A stretch of 64,000 bases of DNA from a bacterium (GTDB taxonomy: Bacteria; UBA8248; JACPRG01; G963555815). A program made the position numbers and the translations under genes. The notes under the pieces are model-generated. The model saw only the letters and a list, made by a program, of their open reading frames with translations, had not been told where the DNA came from and made no database searches. The stretch spans positions 384,001 to 448,000 of the forward strand of contig CBDHDG010000004.1 of assembly GCA_965261595.1 (NCBI GenBank), given 5' to 3'. Positions 42,952-54,196 of this stretch are shown here, one piece after another (position 1 is the stretch's first letter; every line of letters begins with the position of its first letter).

Positions 42952-43561
42952 CGTCCTTGCTCAGGGTGGTGATGCTTGCCGGCGTTGGAAAGCGTTCCAG
43001 AAGGGCAAAGAACCAGTCGCTTCTGCTGTTGTTGCGAAAGCGCTCGATCTCCGGAAAGTAGAGCGGTAGGTAGTGGCCCTGAATCCGATGCAGGATCTCC
43101 GTCTTGGCTTTGGAAACCACATCATGAGTCTTTGACAGCTCCTGGATGTCGTTGATTCCGTTGGCCAGTGGATCGTAGTAGCGCTGGCTCGCTCCGATCT
43201 TCAGCATGTGAAGGATGACCTGGGCATCCTTCGGGTCGTTCTTGTCCCAGCCATTGTGCAAGGCCTCGCGGGTCCGGGCTAAAGCTACCGAAGAGATCAG
43301 GCGGACGTTGAAACCGGCTTCCAGGAGCCGCCAGGCCAATGGTCGATGATGGTTGCCCGTCGCCTCAAAGCCGGCAACGATCGGATGGCCCAGACCGCTC
43401 AGGGTCTGGATGAAGAGGTCGTGCGCCTCGCGCGTGTTCAATACCGTCAGTCGGCGACGTCGGCCGCGACCGGGAAGCTCTATCAGGACTTCATTCCGGC
43501 GCTTGGCGACATCGATGGCTACAAGTGCCGTATCGCTCGGCGTAGGGTGGTATCGGGTCAT
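42952..43561 (-). pseudogene. IS110-family recombinase N-terminal (DEDD) part, truncated by element C
   Basis: VAIDVAK, GFEATG, KNDPKDAQVI. Confidence 0.88.
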
Positions 43562-43706
43562 GGTCGGTCTGCCTCCAAAGTGGCGAATGAGCGCGCTTAC
43601 TCTAGAGACCTGCGGTCCGGCCATGACCGCCCGCTTGAGCGCTCAATGGGCTCCACGGGCGGTCATGGCCACCACCTGCGCTTCCTTCCCAATGTGCTAC
43701 GGATCG

Positions 43707-44059
43707 GATTCACGGCCAGGGTGGTCAGGGACTGGCTCAAGGCGGTTGGCGTGAGGACGTTGTCCATCGAGCCAGGGAGTCCCTGGGAGAACGGATATGT
43801 GGAGCGTTTCAACGGGAAGCTGAGGGATGAGCTCCTGAACGTGGAGGTGTTTGAGACGCTGAAGGAAGCCCAGGTGCTGGTGGAGAGGTGGAGGGGGGCG
43901 TACAACCAGCGACGGCCTCACAGCGCCTTGGCCCTACCGGCCGCCGGTGCCGGAGGCCAGATTCCCAAGCTCCCAAGCCCTGGCGCCGGTCCCCCGGAGT
44001 GGACTTCAAAGGGTCCCGTGTCTAACGTAGCAGGTGGTCTCGTTGGTGGGGGCAGGTCA
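43707..44059 (+). mobile_element. IS3-family orfB 3' fragment with right end
   Basis: IEPGSPWENGYVERFNGKLRDELLN, YNQRRPHSAL; ends GGGGCAGGTCA. Confidence 0.85.
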
Positions 44060-45622
44060 ATCCGGGTGGGCATTGGTCACGATCCGGCTCCGGGAGGCCT
44101 GACGGAACACCTCCGTCAGGCGCACGACAGGAACGGCCCCCGAGGCGATGATGTCGGAGAGCACCTGGCCCAGACCCACGGAAGGCAACTGGTCGATGTC
44201 GCCGACGAGCAGCAGGGCGGCATGGTCGGGCGCCGCCTTCACCAGAGACTGCATGAGCATCACATCCACCATCGAGCTTTCGTCCACCACGAGGAGGTCG
44301 CAGTCGAGCGGACTGTCCTCGTTGCGCCGGAACCCGAAGGCCCCGGGGTCGAACTCCAGCAGCCGGTGGATGGTCTTCGCCTCCATGCCGGTGGCCTCGG
44401 ACATGCGCTTGGCCGCACGGCCCGTGGGCGCGCAAAGCAGGAGCTTCGCGTCCTTGGCCAAGAGGATCCGCAGGATCGCATTGACGATGGTGGTCTTGCC
44501 GACGCCGGGACCGCCGGTGATGACGGTTGCTTTCGAGCGCAGAGCGAGGCGCACCGCATCGGCCTGGCTCCCGGCGAGCGTAAGTCCGGTACAGGCCTCG
44601 ACCCAGGGTAGCGCCTCGTCCGTGTCGATCCCGGCCCAGGGCAGCGACCCGGTGGCTATCCGCCGCAGGCGCACCGCGACGGCCCGTTCGGCATGGTACA
44701 GTCCGCTCAGGAAGATGCACGGGGTCTCTCCCACGCTGTCCGCGGTCACGGTTTGCTCGGACAGTTCCATCTCCACCGCGGTTGTGATCAGCTCCTCGGG
44801 CGCCTCGAGCAGCTTCTCCGAGAGCTTCTTCAGTTCCGTCGCGGGCAGCCCGCAATGGCCGTCGCTCATGGCTTCGGACAGCGCGAACGAGATCCCGGCG
44901 CGCACCCGGATCATCGCGGTCTTCCCGATGCCGAGCTGTTCCGCGATCAGATCGGCGGTGCGGAACCCGATCCCCCGGATGTCGCGGGACAGACGGTAGG
45001 GGTTCCCGCTCATGACCTCGACCGCATCCGCGCCATAGGTCTTGAAGATGCGCACGGCCCGGGCTGCGCCCACACCGTGCTGGTGCAGGAACACCATGAT
45101 CTCGCGGATCATCTTCTGGTCGGCCCAGGCCGAGGTGATCCGCTCCGCCCGCTTCGGCCCGATCCCATCGACCTCGCGCAAGCGCTCGGGGCTGGCCTCG
45201 ATGATGTCGAACACGTCCTTGCCGAATAGCCGCGCCATGCGTTTCGCATAGACCGGTCCGATGCCCCGGATCATGCCGGAACCGAGATACTTCTCGATGC
45301 CATCCAGGGACGAGGGAGCGGAGGTCTTCAGCAACCGTGTGCGGAATTGCAGGCCGTGGGTGCGGTCGTTGGCCCATTCCCCGGAGGCGGTGACCCATTC
45401 GCCGGCGGAGATCGTCGCGGCATGGCCGACCGCGGTAACGAGATCGCCCTGGCCCCGCGCCTTGATCCGCAGTACGCAGAACCCGTTCTCCGGGTTGTGG
45501 AAGGTCACCCGCTCGACAAGACCGGCCAGGACTTCGCGGCCGGGTACGGGGTTCGGCGCTCCTTCCCAGGCATGCCGAGCCGAATCACCGTCATGGCCGG
45601 AAGGGTCGGGGCCGCCCGTCAT
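44060..45622 (-). pseudogene. RecD2-like ATP-dependent helicase, C-terminally truncated
   Basis: GLVERVTFHNPENGF, GIGFRTAD, TGGPGVGKT, APTGRAAKR, VDESSM, GDIDQLPSVG; cut by IS after NAH. Confidence 0.9.
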
Positions 45623-45677
45623 TATGAAAGGGCGTCGGGGCAGGCGCCGAATACGCAAGGTGGGCACGCGAAACAGC

Positions 45678-46061
45678 TCATTCGGAGGTCTCCTTCAGCG
45701 TGTCTGCATGCGCGTTGCGTGCGGCCTGAACGATCTCGTCCAGCTCTTCGCCGCGGCCCTCGCGGATCATCTCTTCACGTTTCAGGGTCGTAAGGATGTA
45801 AACGCCGCGATAGGTGCTCTCGATGAGTGCGGCGAGTCCGGGCGGAAGCGCTGCGGATGTGGCACTGGTTCTACCACGGGCGAGGTCCAAAACCGTGTCC
45901 CGGACGAACTCCGCGGCCGGAACGCCATGCTTTTCGGCCGCAGTCTTGACCTCTTCCCATTCCGAATCAGAGAACCGGATGCCCCGCGTCCGGCGCACAT
46001 CGCTCTGTCTTGGGTCCCGACTGTCGTTGGTTTCGGGTTCGATCGGACCGTTTTCGGCCAC
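45678..46061 (-). CDS. Ribbon-helix-helix/MobC-like DNA-binding protein
   Basis: RGIRFSDSEWEEVKTAAEKHGVPAAEFVR; close to the oriT candidate. Confidence 0.65.
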   Translation of the reverse strand: MAENGPIEPETNDSRDPRQSDVRRTRGIRFSDSEWEEVKTAAEKHGVPAAEFVRDTVLDLARGRTSATSAALPPGLAALIESTYRGVYILTTLKREEMIREGRGEELDEIVQAARNAHADTLKETSE

Positions 46062-46499
46062 GGTTTTGCTCCTTCCTGCTGCGAAATTGGTGATGCTACA
46101 GTGCCGCTCTCGGTGAAAAACAGCGCGATCCTGAACCCTTTGGCTACCGAATCACCCATGTCATGGCGATCCTGCAAGGCAGGAAACGGCAGCTTGGCAG
46201 CGATACCGGGCATCACGTTTGATCCCGGTGCACATGATTGCCCGGCGGGAACATCGTGAATTTGCCGCGGACACCGGAAATCCTGGCGTGTATCGCTATT
46301 GACCCGGCGCATTCCCGCGCACACCCGGATTGGTGGCGGCCGTGTATCGATCGCATACCGGTCCGGGCAAATGTCATTATATATCAATGAGTTAAGGACG
46401 TATATCGGTGCGGCATACGCTCGATCCAACAACAACCGGGCGGCCCCTGACGTTGTTTGCGCAAGACACTGCATGACAAGCGCGCGCGGGCATGCGAGA

Positions 46500-46525
46500 G
46501 CATCAGCGATGCGTGGGGTGTGAGC
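46500..46525 (+). other. Candidate MOBF oriT nic site
   Basis: GCATC-agc-GATGC hairpin followed by GTGGGGTGT^G, the same core as F-plasmid nic TGCGTGGGGTGT^G. Confidence 0.6.
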
Positions 46526-46784
46526 AAATCAGCGCCTCCCACGGCGTCGGACAGGTGGTATTCAACAAAAGGAACGAAGAGGGAATCTCCGCGGGCGCGG
46601 GACGCGCGGGGGAGCCGCCGCGGCGATTGAGCGGGTGGCCGTGCGGAGCATGGTGCATGGAGCAGTGCGGGACGGATTGAGCAGTGGGGTTCGCACCGGT
46701 GCGGTGCACAGTGCAGCGGGACGTGAAGGAAGGAGGAACGGGCCGCGCCGTCGGGTGGCGACGCGACCCGCGAGGTCGTTCGAC

Positions 46785-47708
46785 TCAGGCGGCGACGCAC
46801 TGGACCGGGATACCGAGCTTGCGCGCCTTGTCGACCAGATTGTCCGTGATGCCCGAGCCCGGGAACGCGATGACGCCCTTGGGGAGGAGATCGAGCAGTT
46901 CGTCATTGCGCCGGAAGGGCGCCGCGCGTCCGTGTGCGTCCCAGTTGGGCTTGCAGACGATCTGATGGACGCCGTTGCGGTCCGCCCACTTGGCCGCGAT
47001 CTTCTCGACGCCGGGGCCGCCGCCGTGGACCAGGACCACATCGTCGTACTTGGCCTTGAGCTTCTCGAGGGTGCGGATGATGGCGCCTGCGTCGCCGGCC
47101 TGCTTGCCGCCTGCCACCGCCACGAGGGTTCCCTGGGGCAGGAGGGCCTTGTTCTCGCGGTCCCTGCGGGCACGCTGGAAGTCTCGGGCGTCGATCATGG
47201 CCGAAGTGAGCTTGCCGGTCTGGGAGGTGTGGGACCCGCGCCGGGGCCGCCAGAGGTCTCCGGTCTCGACCCGGTAGGCCTCGGCCGCTGTATCGCGGAG
47301 TTGCTCGAAGGCGTCTCGCCGGTCCGTGAGGTTCTTGGTTCGGTCGGTGACGAGTTCGAGCTCTCGGGACCGGATCTCGGAGCCGTCCTGCTCTCGCTGG
47401 AGGTCGCGCATGTCGGGGAGGAGCCTGTCGGCCGCGCGGTCGAGGCGTTGGGTCTGGGCGTCGAGCATGTTGACGAATCCCCAGAGCAGGCTCTCGCGCT
47501 CGTCGGCGAGTTGCGTTCCGTCGGGGGCGACGCCGTGTGCCATGATGCGGAAGGCTTCCGTGACGGCGGAGAGGGCGTTCTCCGGGTCCCAGACCTCCCG
47601 GTTGTCGAATTCGTCGCGCTCTGGAGTCGCGCCGAAGAGAGCCGCCTGCTCGCAGACGGTGGCGGTGACGGACTGGTTCTGTTCTGAGATGTTGTCGATA
47701 TCGTGCAT
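46785..47708 (-). CDS. DUF2493 (SLOG/YspA-like) protein
   Basis: LLWGFVN, TGDLWRPRRGS, VLVHGG, AAPFRRND, FPGSGITDNL; plasmid/ICE-type gene. Confidence 0.8.
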   Translation of the reverse strand: MHDIDNISEQNQSVTATVCEQAALFGATPERDEFDNREVWDPENALSAVTEAFRIMAHGVAPDGTQLADERESLLWGFVNMLDAQTQRLDRAADRLLPDMRDLQREQDGSEIRSRELELVTDRTKNLTDRRDAFEQLRDTAAEAYRVETGDLWRPRRGSHTSQTGKLTSAMIDARDFQRARRDRENKALLPQGTLVAVAGGKQAGDAGAIIRTLEKLKAKYDDVVLVHGGGPGVEKIAAKWADRNGVHQIVCKPNWDAHGRAAPFRRNDELLDLLPKGVIAFPGSGITDNLVDKARKLGIPVQCVAA

Positions 47709-47929
47709 GATGCTCTCCTTATGGATTGAGTGTAGAGAACCGTTATGGTTCGTTGTGCGGAGAGAGTCTCCGAACGTGATGGTTGAGTGGCCCACGCGCG
47801 CGCTGCAAAGCCACCGTGGCCGCAAGGCCTGGCGCGGCGAGAAGCGCGAGTGGTGCGGGCGCACAAGCGACCGCAGGGAGCGCGGAGCCTCGGTCGCGGT
47901 TCTTGCCGCGCCTAGGCGCGAAGCGCCGT

Positions 47930-49219
47930 TGGACCGCCCCTGGGTTATTGGACACTCGGGTGAGGGTATTCGACCTCATGCGGCCTCCGCAACTTGAGCG
48001 AGTTTTTCCTGCCTTGCCTGGGCCGGCGTTCGGTAGCCGTAGCCCTCGAGAATCCAATGATGGTTGTACAGGTTCTTGAACTCAAGCAGCGCCCACCGCA
48101 GTTCCTCTACGGTGGCGAAAGAGCGCACCCACAGGAGATTCTCCTTCAAGATGCGGATGAACCACTCACAGTAGCCATTTCCCTCGGGCGCCCGCACGAA
48201 GCTGGGCGAACTGGTCATGCCCAGGTAGGCGATCTCCCGCTGAAAGTCATCGGACAGATAGGCGGGGCCGTGGTCGTGACGAACTTTAAGCCCCTCGGCG
48301 ACGTCCGCCTCCAAGCCGGCGAAGCGCTCGGCGACCCCCTGCCGGATCGGCTCCAGGGCCTCGAAGCGGTTGCCGCTCTTGGCCGCATGGATCCCCACGC
48401 AGTCCACCGAGCAGTGATCCACCGCCACGAACACCGAGGCCATCCCCTCCTCGGTGGTCACCGTCGTCGTCATGTGCGTGCCCCACACTCGGTCGGGCCG
48501 CTCGGTGCGGATGGTCCCGTTGTGGGCCTTGGGACCTCGGGGTTTGCCCACCCGGTGGGGGGCCTGAAGCCCCGCCTCCCGCATCAGGCGACGCACCCGC
48601 TCCTTGCTGGTGCGGATGCCCGCGAAGCGCAGCCTCGCCCACACCTTGCGGTAGCCCTCGCCATGGAAGGGAGAGTCCTCCAGGACCTGCCGGATGTGGC
48701 CGAGGAGTTCCGCATCGGTGCACGGGCCCACAGGGCCGCGCTTATTGGGCGTGGGGCGTTCATGAACGGGGACCGCCTCTCGCCGCCGTTGCGCGTAGAC
48801 CGTGGAGCGCGCCAAGCCCCAAAGGGCGCACACCCGCTTCAGGCCGTAGGCTCTGCCCGTGGAGGTGAAGCGGGCCTGACTCATCGCCTCCACCTCCTGC
48901 CGGCTAAAGGGCGGCCGGCCTCCAGGCGGTCGATCTTCTCCCGCAGGACCTCGCCCTCCATCGTGAGTTCGCCCACCTTGGCCTTGAGCCGGGCGTTCTC
49001 CTCGTCCCGCTCATCCGCCGGGCGGGCTTTGAGCGCCGCCCGCTTGCGCTGGCAGGAGAACCGACCCCGCTCACTGCGATGCCCTGGGGCCTTGGCTCCG
49101 TTCGCCCTGCGGGCGCCCTCCGCCAAAGCCCCCTCTTGCTTTTGTTCGTTCATCGCGACACCCCTTTCTCCATGAATCATGGATCAATCGAGTGTCCAAC
49201 AAAACCCTAGAGCGGGGGA
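47930..49219 (-). mobile_element. IS3-like element C, copy 2 (114-bp in-frame deletion in orfA; WGTD changed to WGTH)
   Basis: Reverse complement of copy 1; 1290 bp. Confidence 0.92.
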
Positions 49220-49494
49220 GTAATAACCAAAAGGACTCGAAGATCGAAACGTCGATCAAGACGGGCCTCAACGTCGGAGTTCCGATTGGGGACAATTATG
49301 TTGCCAACGTATACACCAGCTATAACAACCAGCTGGAACCGGATTCGCTCGATAGCGACTACTACATCCTGGGCGGGGAATTTAGCGTGTACTTCACCAA
49401 GCTCATTTCCGCGACCGCGGGCATCAAAACCGTTCTGGGGCTCGATGACTTCACGTCCTACGAAGGCCACCTCGGAGCCATCTTGAAGTTCTAG
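49220..49494 (+). pseudogene. Outer-membrane beta-barrel 3' fragment
   Basis: Beta-strand pattern ending HLGAILKF; 5' part removed at the IS end. Confidence 0.55.
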
Positions 49495-49812
49495 CGGTTC
49501 GTTGTGGACGCCCCCGGGCCCCCGCCGGGCTTTGGGGCGTTACTGTTTGGTCTAACTGGTTAGTGTCCAATTCGTTTCATGGAAGGAGAAATTAACTCTG
49601 TGAGGGGCGTCATCCCCTCTTTATTTTCCATAAGGCCGTTTGAAATCCATTTACAGAGGTTCCCGAGGTGTGATCGAAGCGATTCATCCATAACACCTTG
49701 ATTTTCAGTATGATTTTCTGAGCCTAGTTTCTGGTAATAAGGAAAATTTCGCGTAGGCGCAAAGGAAGAGGGTAGCGGTCCTCGGTGCCATTTCGCCGAT
49801 AAAGGACAAAGT

Positions 49813-51724
49813 TTGGCGGGGTCATCGAATCGGATTCGGGATTGCCAACCTGATTTCCCAAGCGCTTTTCAATTCCGGACGTTTCATCGTCATCGAGGGA
49901 AGGCGGAAGCCCGGAAGCAAACGGATGAGTTCACCCGTCGGAATTGGACCGCGCCGGAAAATGACCGCACGGGCGAACAGGCCATATCTCTCGCGAAAAA
50001 ATTGGGCATCGACCTTCTCGCGGTCGGTCGAGGGACGTCCTATTTCCCCCGCTCTAGGGTTTTGTTGGACACTCGATTGATCCATGATTCATGGAGAAAG
50101 GGGTGTCGCGATGAACGAACAAAAGCAAGAGGGGGCTTTGGCGGAGGGCGCCCGTAGGGCGAACGGAGCCAAGGCCCCAGGGCATCGCAGTGAGCGGGGT
50201 CGGTTCTCCTGCCAGCGCAAGCGGGAGGCGGTCCTGCGTCTTTTGCGGGGCGAGAGCCTGGAGACGCTCTGCCGCGAGTTGGGCACGACAGCGGCTCGGC
50301 TTTCCGCCTGGCGCGAGGCGTTCCTTCGCGGGGGCGAGGCGGCGCTCAAAGCTCGCCCGGCGGATGAGCGGGCCGAGGAGAACGCCCGGCTCAAGGCCAA
50401 GGTGGGCGAACTCACGATGGAGGGCGAGGTCCTGCGGGAGAAGATCGACCGCCTGGAGGCCGGCCGCCCTTTAGCCGGCAGGAGGTGGAGGCGATGAGTC
50501 AGGCCCGCTTCACCTCCACGGGCAGAGCCTACGGCCTGAAGCGGGTGTGCGCCCTTTGGGGCTTGGCGCGCTCCACGGTCTACGCGCAACGGCGGCGAGA
50601 GGCGGTCCCCGTTCATGAACGCCCCACGCCCAATAAGCGCGGCCCTGTGGGCCCGTGCACCGATGCGGAACTCCTCGGTCACATCCGGCAGGTCCTGGAG
50701 GACTCTCCCTTCCATGGCGAGGGCTACCGCAAGGTGTGGGCGAGGCTGCGCTTCGCGGGCATCCGCACCAGCAAGGAGCGGGTGCGTCGCCTGATGCGGG
50801 AGGCGGGGCTTCAGGCCCCCCACCGGGTGGGCAAACCCCGAGGTCCCAAGGCCCACAACGGGACCATCCGCACCGAGCGGCCCGACCGAATGTGGGGCAC
50901 GGACATGACGACGACGGTGACCACCGAGGAGGGGATGGCCTCGGTGTTCGTGGCGGTGGATCACTGTTCGGTGGACTGCGTGGGGATCCATGCGGCCAAG
51001 AGCGGCAACCGCTTCGAGGCCCTGGAGCCGATCCGGCAGGGGGTCGCCGAGCGCTTCGCCGGCTTGGAGGCGGACGTCGCCGAGGGGCTTAAAGTTCGTC
51101 ACGACCACGGCCCCGCCTATCTGTCCGATGACTTTCAGCGGGAGATCGCCTACCTGGGCATGACCAGTTCGCCCAGCTTCGTGCGGGCGCCCGAGGGAAA
51201 TGGCTACTGTGAGTGGTTCATCCGCATCTTGAAGGAGAATCTCCTGTGGGTGCGCTCTTTCGCCACCGTAGAGGAACTGCGGTGGGCGCTGCTTGAGTTC
51301 AAGAACCTGTACAACCATCATTGGATTCTCGAGGGCTACGGCTACCGAACGCCGGCCCAGGCAAGGCAGGAAAAACTCGCTCAAGTTGCGGAGGCCGCAT
51401 GAGGTCGAATACCCTCACCCGAGTGTCCAATAACCCAGGGGCGGTCCATATTCCCGCAAACGCTCTCGGCTAGCCCTTGGGCCCCTTGTAAGGGGACAAC
51501 AAACGATTGTCGTGAAAGTGAAGGTCGAGCTATGGGGGAGAGCGCTTCCACAACAGTTGGTCGCCGGGGGGGAGGGAAGCTCGAGGTTTTCCTCGATGGG
51601 CCTGGTGTTCGAACCCCGGAAAGACATTGTTTTGTTCGATGAGACAACCATTGGCCGGATCACCAAAGCCGAGATAAAAAGGGCCGTCACACGGTTCTTC
51701 GAGCTGCCGCCCTCTTCATTTTGA
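49813..51724 (+). pseudogene. Hypothetical gene interrupted by element C copy 3
   Basis: Removing the IS and one TATT gives continuous GTSYSRKRSRLALGPLVRGQQTIVVKVKVELWG. Confidence 0.55.
50045..51448 (+). mobile_element. IS3-like element C, copy 3
   Basis: 1404 bp; 4-bp target duplication TATT (50041-50044 and 51449-51452). Confidence 0.93.
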
Positions 51725-51921
51725 TGGAAGCGGAAAGAAGAGGGAGTTTTTCTGAGCGCCGCCGGCCTCGCGAAAAACCTATCCCGAGCGCGAGAGACGT
51801 GTCGCCGTTGGGTGGCGACTGACCGATGTGAGGAGCATATTGAATATGGAAATAGATGGGGGATTTTGAATAACCGGTTTTCACTGAGGGTGTCGGGAGT
51901 AGACAAGGAGGTGGGTTGCAC

Positions 51922-52107
51922 ATGAAGACAACAACAGCGATCCTGCTGGCACTTTTGCTGGCGGGTTGTGCAACCCAAACCGCCGATAAGAAAAAGCCCA
52001 AAGGGACCCGGTTGACCCCTGATGTGACGCGGGGAACGATGGCGGAGCCGAATGGGCGGATACGGCAGCGAATCCAGATCTTTCTACGGGTGCCCGGGTC
52101 ACGGTGA
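51922..52107 (+). CDS. Small putative lipoprotein (possibly truncated)
   Basis: AAGGAGG RBS; MKTTTAILLALLLAGC lipobox. Confidence 0.5.
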   Translation: MKTTTAILLALLLAGCATQTADKKKPKGTRLTPDVTRGTMAEPNGRIRQRIQIFLRVPGSR

Positions 52108-52601
52108 GACGGTGAGGAGAGTGGCTCTCGCGTACGTCCTCGGGCGGATGTGGTGCGAAGAAAAACCCCTTCCGGGTTGAAGATTACGGCGCTTAGGCAT
52201 GCGGACTGCGGTGCTTAGTATAATCGGGCTGAATTCAGTGGCCTACGCGACGACTTCGATTGAGGAATCCCCATAAGAGCGGATGGAGCGGATTCGGCAT
52301 CGGGCCTCTGCCGTGATTTTGGAATCCCGCGAGCCGAATGCCCGGGTCTCGCCTTCCCACCACCTGAAAAAGCAAGTTTTCCTGAAAACAACAGGCGGCG
52401 GAACAGCCGAATAGGCTCTGTATAAACCCTCCAGATTCCCTCCGGGAGGATGCGGTGACTCGGCGACTTCTATCTGAAAGTATCTGGGTTCGAAGAACGA
52501 AAAAAACTCAGAAACCATTTCCCGGAACCCATTCCTGATCGTGATTTGGCGAGTACCGCCCGTAGGGTTTCATCTCGCCCTTTTCCAAATGGACGGCAAA
52601 A

Positions 52602-54113
52602 TTGGACCTGATCCTGAACAACGCCCGCATCGTCACGCCGGGCGGAATTGTTTCTGGGAGCCTCTTAATTGAAGGGGAGCGGATCGCGGGGATCCTTTCC
52701 CGGCCGGCGGATTTTCCGGCCGACCGCGTCGTCGACCTGGACGGCCGCTATGTGATTCCCGGCGTCATCGATCCCCACACCCATCCGGGCGCGAGAAACC
52801 CCCTGGAAGACGATTTCCGGACGGAGTCCCGGAGCGCCGCCGCCGGGGGCGTCACGACCTTCGGGATCATGGTCGGCTCCGGCCGGGCCGCCTGGACGTT
52901 CAAGAAATTCCTCACCGAGGACGACACCCGTCCCTGGAGCGAGGCCTTTCCCGTTCTCCGGGAGATGGGGGAGGAGAACGCCGTCGTTGATTTCTTCCAC
53001 TCGCCCACGATCAACACCGAAGAGCAGGCGGCGGACATCCCCGAGGCGGCCCGCCGCTTCGGACTGACTTCCTTCAAGTTCTATCCCAATCTGAAGAGTC
53101 CGGGGACCACCAACGTCGTCCCCAAGTGGAAGTCCCGGATCGCTGTCCCAGCTTCCTTCGATGACGGACTCATCTGGCTGGGTTTCGAGCAGGTCGGCCG
53201 GCTCGGTCCCGCCGGCATGGTCCTCGTCCACAACGAAAACACCGAGGTGGGCACGGCCCTCATGAAGCGGCTGCTCCGGGAGGGCCGTCAGGACATCGCC
53301 GCGTGGACGGACCGCTGCCCCCCCTGGACCGAGGCCGAGCACGTTCACCGTTACGGGCTGTTCGCCATGAAGGCCGGGTGCCGGGTCTATGCCCTGCACA
53401 TCTCGACGGCCGACGGTCTCGCGGCCTGCGCCGAGATGAAGGCCAAGGGCTGTCCGCTGGTCGTCGAGACCTGCCCCCAATACCTGCTCATGACCACGGA
53501 CGACCCGGCCGGGCTGCTCCTCAAGGTGAATCCCCCGATTCGGGACGCGGCGCACAACCGGGCCCTTTGGGCGGGCGTCGCCGACGGGCGGGTCGAGTGC
53601 ATGGGCTCCGACCACGTCGTGACCAATTTCGAGGAGAAGATGGTTCGGGGGGACACCGGAGACCGGGAGGGCGACCCCGTCACCGATGTCTGGGCCGCGG
53701 GCTCGGGTTTCATCGGCATGGGCCTCCTCCTTCCCCTGCTTCTGAGCGAAGGGGTCCACGGAGGCCGGATCTCCATCGAGCGGGTCGTCGAGATCAGCTG
53801 CCGAAACCCCGCGGTTCATTTCGGCCTGTATCCCAAGAAGGGGATCATCCAGGTCGGCTCGGACGCCGACCTTGTCGTCCTCGACATGGACAAGACCGTC
53901 ACCCTCGCCCCCGAACACCTGAACTCCTTCGCCGACTTCTCGATCTACGAAGGGCGCGCGATCAAGGGTTGGCCGTGGATGACGATTTCACGCGGAACAG
54001 TGGTTTTCGAGGGTGATACAATTACGGGGAAGCGAGGCCATGGGCGGTACCTGCCCAGAAAACCGGGCAGCCTGAGGTATCCGCCGGAGGAAAGCTGGGA
54101 CCTTCCCGAATGA
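52602..54113 (+). CDS. Cyclic amidohydrolase (dihydropyrimidinase/allantoinase/dihydroorotase family)
   Basis: PGVIDPHTH, AAAGGVTT, SFKFY, VHNEN, LHIST, ETCPQYL, GSDH, GSDADLV. Confidence 0.9.
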   Translation: MDLILNNARIVTPGGIVSGSLLIEGERIAGILSRPADFPADRVVDLDGRYVIPGVIDPHTHPGARNPLEDDFRTESRSAAAGGVTTFGIMVGSGRAAWTFKKFLTEDDTRPWSEAFPVLREMGEENAVVDFFHSPTINTEEQAADIPEAARRFGLTSFKFYPNLKSPGTTNVVPKWKSRIAVPASFDDGLIWLGFEQVGRLGPAGMVLVHNENTEVGTALMKRLLREGRQDIAAWTDRCPPWTEAEHVHRYGLFAMKAGCRVYALHISTADGLAACAEMKAKGCPLVVETCPQYLLMTTDDPAGLLLKVNPPIRDAAHNRALWAGVADGRVECMGSDHVVTNFEEKMVRGDTGDREGDPVTDVWAAGSGFIGMGLLLPLLLSEGVHGGRISIERVVEISCRNPAVHFGLYPKKGIIQVGSDADLVVLDMDKTVTLAPEHLNSFADFSIYEGRAIKGWPWMTISRGTVVFEGDTITGKRGHGRYLPRKPGSLRYPPEESWDLPE

Positions 54114-54196
54114 TTTGCGAATCGGGATAGCCCGCCCGGCCGCGTCTACGCATCTCCCGGACCCCAAATACCGAATACTCAACAAGGAGATCGCAC

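Noticed and set aside
42952..47929. CGT at both inner IS junctions as evidence of capture of a 5-kb circle
   Set aside because: Joining the ends does not restore a plausible IS110 reading frame, and a 3-nt match is likely by chance
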